DNA from: Paramicrosporidium saccamoebae KSL3
Taxonomy: Eukaryota; Fungi; Cryptomycota
Reading direction: 5' to 3'
Length of the DNA: 10,317 nt
Assembly (NCBI GenBank): GCA_002794465.1
Contig: MTSL01000027.1
Location: 1 to 10,317, forward strand
The notes under the pieces were generated by a model that was not told where the DNA came from, searched no databases, and was given only the letters and a program-made list of their open reading frames with translations. The translations under genes were made by a program, and so were the position numbers. Positions 1-7,918 of the stretch are shown here, piece by piece. Each line of letters begins with the position of its first letter. The stretch's first letter is position 1.

Positions 1-216
1 CTAGAATAGCACGAATACACATCTCACTGTCCTCAAATACCCAGCAACTAGGTCTTCTCTAAACTAGGGAACTATTTCCAAAGACATGCTAATCAGCCTT
101 CTACACCACATAGAGACATGATAATGCAATGTTAATAGTAAGATTTAATCACAATATAGACCCAACAGTTCAATGTTCATAGTAACGATAGAACCCTTGT
201 CAGTTGTCAAGTGCCA

Positions 217-768
217 ATGCTCAACGTCGGAGTGGGTCGTCTTTCTTGCCGAATCGGTTGGCGTAAATCTTGTCGAATGGTTCGTTGTTTTGCCACAACA
301 ACCACACCTACAGTTGAAGCTATATCTGCCGTAAAGGCTAGCATTCCCTCCGCCTCTGTCGATACAGTTCCCCATTCTCCTGAACTCGCCGGTCTCGTTG
401 ACCATATTTGTCAGCTCAACCTAATCCAGACCGCCCAGCTCGTATCTTTGCTCAAGAAGCGACTGAATCTGCCTGATATTATTGCCGCACCGGCTATGGC
501 TGCTGCACCTGCACAAGCTGCGGCGGCGCCAGTGGAGCCAGTGGTGGAAAAGACGGAATTTAGAGTGACGCTGGAGAAATTCGACCCAGCCAGCAAGGCA
601 AAGATTATTAGAGAGATCAAGTCCCTGCTACCGCAGCTGAATTTGGTAGAGGCAAAGACTTTTGTGGAATCGGCGCCAAAGCTCATTAAGGAAAAGGTCA
701 AAAAGGACGAGGCGGAGAAATTGAAAAAGACACTCGAAGATCTGGGTGCTACCATTACTCTCGACTAA
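217..768 (+). CDS. MRPL12: Mitochondrial ribosomal protein L7/L12 (bL12m), 183 aa, intronless
   Basis: ATG at 217 (the track starts at GTG 211). Arg-rich, acid-free presequence MLNVGVGRLSCRIGWRKSCRMVRCF. N-terminal L12 helices LVDHICQLNLIQTAQLVSLLKKRLNL, an Ala-rich hinge, and C-terminal domain EKTEFRVTLEKFDPASKAKIIREIKSLLPQLNLVEAKTFVESAPKLIKEKVKKDEAEKLKKTLEDLGATITLD. Confidence 0.95.
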   Translation: MLNVGVGRLSCRIGWRKSCRMVRCFATTTTPTVEAISAVKASIPSASVDTVPHSPELAGLVDHICQLNLIQTAQLVSLLKKRLNLPDIIAAPAMAAAPAQAAAAPVEPVVEKTEFRVTLEKFDPASKAKIIREIKSLLPQLNLVEAKTFVESAPKLIKEKVKKDEAEKLKKTLEDLGATITLD

Positions 769-1048
769 TTGAATGCTGGGCACCACTCTAGGCCCATTGA
801 CTGCTACTCTAGATTAACGACCAGTAATTCATTACATTTGAATGATCATAAATGTTTGTGAGAGAGTATATCTAAGGGAGCTATTAAAGAAGTAAAGTTT
901 TCATTTAAAGCTGGTGACGCCTTTTGTAGGCCGGTGTCCGTAACACACTCGGCTAACTTTATGGAATGGCATTTACGATTGGGACCACCAATCGCAAGCG
1001 GATGCTATCCCACCGCTTCATATAAAACTAACAATGCTACATATATTT

Positions 1049-1749
1049 TTACATGGTGGTACAACCAGTGGATTTCCTATTCGGGGCATTCTTCTTCTCA
1101 CCCGCCGCTTGTTCCTGACGGGATTTTTGTATTTCCTTTACTAGCCCATAGAACGACTCTTCTACATTGTGTCGAGCCTTGGCGGATGTTTCAATGTATC
1201 GACAGCCAAACGACCTTGCCAGCTCCTTGGCCTCGGCTGCAGAGATTTGTCGCTCGGCAGAGAGATCGGATTTGTTGCCCACTAGAATCATGGGAAAGGC
1301 ATCTGCATCCTTCACCCTCAATATTTGTTCCTGGAACTTTTGCACCTCTTGGAAGGAGCTCTTGGAATTGAGGGCAAAGACGAGGAGAAACCCATCTCCT
1401 CGGCGCAAATAGCTGTCCCGGAGTGCACTAGCAGGTCAGTGGTGATAAGGGATGTACCTGTAGTCTTCCTGTCCAGCCGTATCAAGAATATCCAGAATCG
1501 CAGTTTCCTCATCCACAGTACACTGTTTCCTGTACGAATCTTATTATGAAAATATGCAAAGTCGGCCTGGTACCTTCGATGGTAGGGTCGTATTCATCCA
1601 CAAAACGTGCATGCACAAATTGGATAGTAAGGGCACTTTTTCCCACACCTGCAACAATCACGTCACTCGACGGGCCTACCTCCGCCACCAACCACTACGA
1701 GGCGATACTCAGGCAGATTAACGCCAGCGGACTTTGCTCGAGGTGGCAT
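1049..1749 (-). CDS. RAS: Ras-family small GTPase, 201 aa, 4 exons
   Basis: Exons (minus strand): 1749-1680, 1648-1574, 1539-1458, 1427-1049 (606 nt). GT-AG introns: 1679-1649 (31 nt), 1573-1540 (34 nt), 1457-1428 (30 nt). The spliced protein [34 protein letters not shown]...YDPTIEDSYRKQ...DTAGQEDY...GNKSD...ETSAK...CTTM has all G boxes, the Ras effector loop and a CaaX box. Confidence 0.96.
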
Positions 1750-1944
1750 GAGTCGTGGAAACAAATGACACTTGCGGCGACCAATGAGAAATGGCCCCGC
1801 TTTATACACGCCATGCTGACGAGATCACATGGTAAAATGAGCCATGCTTGGGTTCGATTACAAGCAGGTATAGCGTGATCTTGGTATTAGGATAGGATTC
1901 CAGTACAAGAGGTCCACGGCCATGCCCCGGTTAGTAACAGTACA

Positions 1945-2224
1945 ATGGGTGGTGTGTGTTCTTGCTTTGGTTCTGAAGATGATCGTGAAAGGGACCGCCA
2001 CCAAAGGCAGAACAATTCTGAGCGTGCTGCCCAACGTGAGCAGGTAGCCCGTGCCACCGAGGAGCGATTAAATCAGGTTAGCACATTGAGAACGCAACTA
2101 ACTGTGACAGGTGGAGAGTCAGAAGCGTAAAGGCACGCTTGGAAAAAAGCTCGCCGAACGACAGGCTAATCCTCATGGTCCTCCACCCTCCGAGACCCCC
2201 CTTCAGTGGCGCGCAGAGGCTTAA
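1945..2224 (+). CDS. SVIP: Small VCP/p97-interacting protein (SVIP)-like micro-protein, 81 aa, 2 exons
   Basis: Exons 1945-2076 and 2111-2224; intron 2077-2110 (34 nt, GTTAGC...ACTAAC...CAG). Protein: MGGVCSCFGSEDDRERDRHQRQNNSERAAQREQVARATEERLNQVESQKRKGTLGKKLAERQANPHGPPPSETPLQWRAEA. It has an MG myristoylation signal with nearby Cys, a central A..A.ER helix and a C-terminal GPPP...L.W motif, as recalled for the SVIP family. Confidence 0.8.
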
Positions 2225-2260
2225 TCAGCTAGTGTCAAGTTGTTGCTATAGTGAAGAATC

Positions 2261-2330
2261 TGAACCCTGCAAACATTGTGAATCCTGCGAACATTGAATC
2301 CTGCGAACATTGTGGATCCTGCGAATACTG
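2261..2330. repeat. Degenerate 18-bp tandem repeat, about 4 copies, one copy 2 nt short
   Basis: tgaaccctgcaaacattg (2261-2278), tgaatcctgcgaacat (2279-2294), tgaatcctgcgaacattg (2295-2312), tggatcctgcgaatactg (2313-2330). Confidence 0.9.
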
Positions 2331-2511
2331 TAACCTCTACCAACCTCACTGGGGAACTTTACGAGTATTGCAAATTCTACTAACATTACTGCGAACACCA
2401 AGTAGCAATAATAACAACGTGGCTTTTTTGTAGAAATGAGGATATCCCATAATAGGATCACATAATTCACACCAATCAAAAGTCTAAACAAAACAGTTTA
2501 GCCGCTTGTCG

Positions 2512-5377
2512 ATGGCCACGACTGTCGAGGTACCAAAAGGTCAGTTTATTGTTCATTATGTGATTGCAGCGCGTTGAAGAGCTTTTGGCAGACGCCGGCT
2601 ATTCGGCCCTGTTGCCCACAAACAGCAATATTTTTGCGGGCGGGGACGGGTATGCCGTAGAGGAGGCGCCTATTGGCTATTACCGGTTTCATTTCTGGAA
2701 AAACGATGAACATTGGAAGGGTTCCTCCCTCATAATGATGTTGATGATGTAGAACATGAAAATTGGATCGCCAGCACCGATGTGTCGGGACCCATGTGCG
2801 TGTCAATTCTGAAGGATCAACAAGGATCCAATAGCCGCGTCTTTTATCGCATCCTATTCCGTACAATCTTTAGCACAAAGTCAATGGTCCTACTGGGAGA
2901 CGATATTTCTGGGATCCTCGGCGGCAGCAAGAGCCTTACAATGACTCGGATTATTGGCGCGGCTCTCAAATTATTCATTGAACATGAGAGGGACGAAATG
3001 TGTGCATTGGAGGACGAATTTGGAGCAATGTCAATCAGATCGTCTTGTACAATTGCGACACTTTCAGACGAGTTGGTGCGCAATCTGCCGTCCTCGAGAT
3101 TGCACGATGGCACGGCCATGACCAACAGTGAAGTGGGACTAACGCGCCGCAATACGGTTCGGAGCAGTGGAGGCGGCACTGTCCCTCGTCCGGAAGTTAT
3201 GGTGACCGCAGTGGAAGTCCCAGCACAAAAGAATGAGTCGCTGCAAAGAAAGTTTAGAGAATTTAGCAAAGTTAATCCGTTCGAGTTGGCCAAGAGCTTT
3301 ACCCAAGTCAAAGACAAGGAGATTTACACTGTCCTGCAAGATCTGGAACGTGCTCTCGATCCCAAGATATGTCATTTTGACATTGTCGTTGCCGCTGGGA
3401 GCACGGCCAAGAAGTCACAGCAAGAGACTACGTGGAGGGCCTTTACAAAACTCCTCGGCGAAAAGCTGTCGAAACGAGAATTCCAGATGCAGTCAAAATA
3501 TCTGGCCAAAAATGGAAGGGCGCCGTCAAAGACATTGGAAGGAGAGAGAATCAGCATCAGCAAGAATGTCATTCCCGCTGCCGAAACGGATTCAGAGGAG
3601 AATCGCGAGGAGAAATCCAAAAGAGTGATTGAATTTCTCAAAAATGAGCAGAGTTGTCTGCGCAAACTCGAATGGATGGACGAATTCTTTGTCCAACGAT
3701 TGGATCCCTCTCGAAGCGGAAATACGCTGATGAAGGCGGAGACGTTTAAAAAGATATTTGAAGGATTTGGATCATTCGTAGCCCTTCACAAAGGTTTTTT
3801 CACCAAACTATCCAACAATACGGAGACTTTGACTGAGGATGAGATTTGCAATCTAGAAAGGGAGGGCCTGTTGACTGCCCAGTCAATAGCCGAGACAATG
3901 GTGGGTCTTTGCGACGAACGTGCATTTGACATTTATTCTCAATTTTTCCGAGACCAGGAGGAGCGTTGTAATGCGATCAAGGAAGAATATTCAAAAAACG
4001 AAGAGTTTGCTGAGCTGTCGGAAGAGGCAGCACGGGATCCAAGGTCAGGAAGACAACTACTAAACATGGTAGTACCAATTATCATGCAGCAGCTCACTCG
4101 CTATCCATTGCAATTCAAGGCAATTATAGAAAATACCTACAAGGACTCGGAGGACCTGCCAACCCTCAGGAGAGCCTATGATAAAACCCACGAAATGTTG
4201 AACCGGCTAGAAATGGTCCAGAAGATCCAGGAAGATGGGACCCATTCATTGCGACTCTACAAAACGGTGCACAGCTGCGATCCAACAGTGGCCAATGCTG
4301 AGCGTATTTTTATTATGAAGATGGCGGCATATGAAGTGGAACGGGGAGAGGCCAACTTTTCCAAGAGAATCACCTTTTATTTGTATAATGACCTGATTGT
4401 GGCTGCCCGGAAACGCCGTGGCCAGAAGGGAAAGTTTGAAAAGGACTCGTATTCCGGCGTCACCCACGATTTCATGTTTTCCACACCCATTGATGGGACT
4501 ATAATGCGAAGACTCGATGTGACTGCCAAAGTCCGCAAGAACGCCACCAAAACCTTTGGAGTGGATCTGTCACCGGCAGCCAGCGTGTTGCAAAATGATC
4601 GGTGTGTAAAGTACGCCTCCTGTGCAGAAGAGGTCAGTGGCAGTTTCATTTTGGTTCCCAAGAAACAAGAAAAGCTGAATGCCTTTTTGGAAAAGTTTAC
4701 CAATGCTGAACACCAACTGTTCCTGTCCAGTACCCCTCTTTGATGCCCACTAACCGATAGGATCTCAAGCGGATGTCTATATAAGGAGGGCTGAGGACAA
4801 GACGCTCTATTTCCATGTCTATAGGCAGGCGGACTATTTGCATTGTCAGCGTCGAAATCGACATGCAGTGCTTTATTGTCACCAGACACCGGTGCCACCG
4901 GCCGTGTTTTCTGAGGATCAAACCGAGTCCATAATGGTAGTGCAGGCCATGCAAAGCACTTTCCGATGGCTTGTAAAATGTCGCGATTGCATCGTGTCCT
5001 CACATGACAATTACGAGGCTATTCGCGAGTTCCACTCGGCCGATATTGTCAGTCCTGATTTTACTCGTGCCCTAATCAACTGTCATCTGATGCACTCTAT
5101 CTATCCTCCGTTTGGGCCTCATCTAAAGTTGCAGATGCGTCAACAGCTGGAAAAGCACATTGGACCCTTTTCTAAGGGGATGATGCGTAAGATGCGCGAA
5201 ATTGTGAACAGGCTGCACAAGACTGTCGATCCGACGACATTGGTGGACAACAGTGATTCGGGCTCTGTATACTCTATTGAAAACTCTTCCATTATGGAGG
5301 ACTCGGGAAAGCCCACAAAGACGGTTCTCGGGAAAATGTTTGGACGCTTTAAATCACCGCTCTCTCGTCTGCAATAA
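2512..5377 (+). CDS. RhoGEF (DH-PH) protein with flanking Rap1GAP-like segments, about 920 aa, 4 exons
   Basis: Proposed exons 2512-2529, 2570-2720, 2753-4729, 4761-5377 (2763 nt). Introns: 2530-2569 (40 nt), 2721-2752 (32 nt), 4730-4760 (31 nt, with CTAAC branch site). This joins track ORFs 2564, 2713 and 4838. DH domain about 3607-4230 (RVIEFLKNEQSCLRKL...QQLTRYPLQFKAIIENTYKDSEDLPTLRRA). PH domain about 4250-4715 (RIFI...FYLYNDLIVAARK). The first exon and start codon are the least certain part. Confidence 0.85.
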
Positions 5378-5399
5378 AGACCTGTCTGTTCTGTTTATT
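5373..5399. terminator. Facing polyadenylation signals of two convergent genes
   Basis: AATAAA on + at 5373-5378 overlaps the GEF stop codon (TAA 5375-5377). AATAAA on - at 5399-5394 lies 2 nt past the stop (5404-5402) of the opposite gene. Confidence 0.55.
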
Positions 5400-5401
5400 A
5401 T

Positions 5402-6280
5402 TTACATTGTCATCTTTTTGAGACCTTGTCGAGCTGTCTGCAATAAAGTCGGCTCCACCTTGCCTTTCAATGCCTTTCCCACTGGCAGCACTGTCAGTTT
5501 AGCCTTTGCCTTGCGTAGATCACCAAAAGTAATTGCCCGGTTGACTGGTCCGGTGCTTTTCTTCAATGATTGGCGTTGCTTCACCAAGTCGCTGCGGGAG
5601 GGGGCGGCCATTTTGTCCGTTGAGCGACTCTTTGCCATCACTTTGACATCAACCCAATCGCGCCACAAGAGAGGTGTTTTGGGGTCTTTTGAACGGGCCA
5701 GCAGACATCGAATCCATGCTGTGAACATTTCCTTTTTCAGTCCGCTTTGCTCCTTTTTCTCCAGGAGCGGCGCAACCATCTGCCAAAGAGATCCTTCCTC
5801 CTTACCAGACAAATCGTCCAGGCTGGCAATGTTTCCCGTCATGGCCAGTGCATTGACCAGTTCCGGTGGAAGTTGGGGCATGTCCTCTAGAAGAGCAGAA
5901 ATCTTGCGCAATTTTTTAATCGGTGATTCTGTTGTGCTGTCTTTGGCCGGCGATCTCTTCAAGGGGCTTCCTGACTTGAGTGGCGACTTTTGAGATTGAT
6001 CTAAAGTCTCTGTTCCTTTAACTTTGGAGGGAGTCACGTTTGTCGACGGCTTTTTCAACGGACTCTCACGTACTGAGCCTTTGTTACTAGTCTTTAACGG
6101 ACTTTCACGTACTGAGCCTTTGTTACTAGTCTTTAACGGACTTTCACGTATTGAGCCTTTGTTACTAGTCTTTAGCGGACTTGCACATACTGAGCCTTTG
6201 TTACTGGCTTTCAACGGACTATCCTTTGGGGTGCCCTGAGAGCTGCGACTACCACGTAGATTGTAAACGCTGGTGGGCAT
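5402..6280 (-). CDS. Hypothetical Ser/Pro/Lys-rich protein, 292 aa, with SPLK repeats and WH2-like C-terminal motifs
   Basis: Long open frame with first ATG at 6280 (the track starts at GTG 6307). The 39-bp repeat preserves the frame. It is convergent with the GEF gene and divergent from the F-BAR gene. No family recognised. Confidence 0.8.
   Translation of the reverse strand: MPTSVYNLRGSRSSQGTPKDSPLKASNKGSVCASPLKTSNKGSIRESPLKTSNKGSVRESPLKTSNKGSVRESPLKKPSTNVTPSKVKGTETLDQSQKSPLKSGSPLKRSPAKDSTTESPIKKLRKISALLEDMPQLPPELVNALAMTGNIASLDDLSGKEEGSLWQMVAPLLEKKEQSGLKKEMFTAWIRCLLARSKDPKTPLLWRDWVDVKVMAKSRSTDKMAAPSRSDLVKQRQSLKKSTGPVNRAITFGDLRKAKAKLTVLPVGKALKGKVEPTLLQTARQGLKKMTM
6054..6220. repeat. 39-bp coding minisatellite, about 4.3 copies
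   Basis: Unit tttaacggactttcacgtactgagcctttgttactagtc. Copies at 6054-6092, 6093-6131, 6132-6170 and 6171-6209, plus a partial copy at 6210-6220. On the minus strand it encodes SPLK(T/A)SNKGS(V/I)(R/C)(E/A). Confidence 0.97.
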
Positions 6281-6411
6281 CTTTTCTTCTGTTGACACCG
6301 CGGTCACACCCGCTCAAATATAATATAAGAACAATTCGTTTCCTAGTAACGCCATCCCTGCGGACTTTTAGATTATTTTGAATACCATTCGCTACTTGGT
6401 TGGAACGATTC
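6281..6411. promoter_or_regulatory. Putative bidirectional promoter, 131 bp
   Basis: Gap between divergent ATGs at 6280 (-) and 6412 (+), with an AT-rich core aaatataatataag near 6316-6329. Positional inference only. Confidence 0.4.
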
Positions 6412-7918
6412 ATGATGACCTTTGGCTCTGAATTATTGGATAAACAAAGTGAAATTGAGCAGTATGGACAGGCGGGAAATGAGGCCGTATCTCGACTGGC
6501 TGATTATCTCCGTCGTCGAGCCGCCCTTAGCGAGGATTACGCCCGAGGACTGCAGAAACTCAATCGGCAATTCTCGCCCGTGCAGCCGCATGAAATTGGG
6601 TACGCATTATCGAGATTCTAATTATAGGATGGACAATTTACTGGGGGCGTCGGATGCGGTTGTCGGGGCTCACCTGTTGCTGGTGGAACAGGTGCAAAAT
6701 TCGCTTCTGGATGGAACGCGGATGACGGTGCGTGATCACGATCGACAGCGTCGCGAAGTGCTGGCCGAGATTCGCATGCTGCGGACAGAGTGGAAGAAGA
6801 TTTTGGCTTCCTTTGACAAGACTCGTCGTTCCCGTGACGGAGCCGTCAAGGCAGCCGAGGATGCCCGGGCTGCGTTTGAGAAGGCAAACAATGACAAGAA
6901 TGTCACCAAGGCGTATGTGGAAAAATGTCGAGACGAGTATGCCATCAAGGCGAGGAAGGCGCTAGTCTACAAGGAAGAGTACATCCAGGCCGCCCGCATC
7001 ATCAATGGACAACAAAAGAAGCATTACGAAGAAGACTTGCCGGCCACCTTTGACAAATTACAGAAAATTGAAGAGACCCGTCTGGCCAAGATCAAGCTGC
7101 ATCTGAACGAATTTGGGTTGTTGATAACTAGCGCCTTGGCTGAAGAGCTGAATGGATTCAGAGATATGCTGTCAAAATGGGACCGCCTCGTCCCAAACAC
7201 AATTGTACAAAAGTTTATTGACGAGAATCGCGACGACGCGCCCTTTGAGTTTCCCGAAACCATTCTGATCGATGAATCTGCCTCCATTGAATCTCTGGGC
7301 CTGACCTCGAGGACCACCACACAGAATCGCATAGAAAGCGCCCTCATCTCTTCCGATGATCCTGAAGTCATTCAGACAAGACTTGACGAGCTGAGCAAGA
7401 GACTATTGACTTTGGAAAAGCAACGAGAAGGCGCCAAGATTCTGCGCGACATGTACGTATCAAGACCTGAACTCGCTGATCAAAAGACCAAAACTGAGGC
7501 TGCCAAAGAACTGGACGACCTCACCTCGCAGCTCGAATGTCTCCAAATTGAACAGGAACAACTCCAGGAAAAGCTCGAGAGTCTCGCCAAAGCTGATACT
7601 TTTTCTGCTAGATCTGTCCAGAGTGCTCCTTCCTCACCAGTTCTTTGGGAAGAGGCCACCGCCAATATGGAATCGCCCATTCCTGGTGCTCCTAATTCAT
7701 GCTTGTCGGCAATCGAGACGAACCCAAATGAAAAGCTAAAGGCGCTCTTCAATGCCACGGCCATTTTTGACTTTGAAGCTACTGAATCAGCCCACGAGTT
7801 GAGCATTAAGAGCGGCGAGACTGTGACGATCCTTTCCAATGACGGAGAGTGGTGGCAAGCACAGAATGCCGATGGGAGTATTGGCTTTGTGCCCTTTAAC
7901 TATGTACGTCAAGAGTAG
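6412..7918 (+). CDS. F-BAR-HR1-SH3 protein of the CIP4/TOCA-1/FNBP1 type, 492 aa, 2 exons
   Basis: Exons 6412-6599 and 6628-7918; intron 6600-6627 (28 nt, GTACGC...CTAAT...TAG). FCH/F-BAR start MTFGSELLD...LADYLRRRAALSEDYARGLQKL. HR1-like coil about 7358-7583 (LEKQREGAKILRDMYVSRPELAD). SH3 about 7748-7915 (ATAIFDFEATESAHELSIKSGETVTILSNDGEWWQAQNADGSIGFVPFNYV). Confidence 0.9.

Noticed and set aside
1-216. Possible gene end or ORF at the window start, including track ORF 145..405 (-)
   Set aside because: Stops are frequent on both strands. The track ORF is mostly antisense to MRPL12 and shows no recognisable motif.
411-755. Minus-strand 114-aa ORF
   Set aside because: Antisense shadow of MRPL12.
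934-1878. Plus-strand ORFs 934..1371, 1167..1412, 1325..1549 and 1546..1878
   Set aside because: Antisense shadows of the spliced Ras gene, with no independent features.
2540-2569. Alternative 30-nt first intron of the GEF gene using the donor GTCAGT
   Set aside because: From ATG 2512 it leads to an immediate TGA, and no upstream ATG exists in the frame that would fit.
2844-5003. Nested or antisense ORFs within the GEF gene (2844..3317, 3233..3628, 4377..5003 and others)
   Set aside because: Shadows of a long coding region with clear domain motifs in the main frame.
5367-5448. 13-bp direct repeat gtctgcaataaag at 5367-5379 and 5436-5448
   Set aside because: Both copies lie in coding sequence, and there is no element structure between them to suggest a target-site duplication. 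It is at most an alternative poly(A) signal or chance.
5253-5993. Plus-strand 246-aa ORF
   Set aside because: It starts at GTG, overlaps the GEF gene end out of frame and is antisense to the SPLK-repeat gene. It shows no coherent protein features.
6054-6220. CRISPR-like appearance of the 39-bp repeat
   Set aside because: The copies are contiguous with no unique spacers, preserve a reading frame and lie in eukaryotic context without cas genes.
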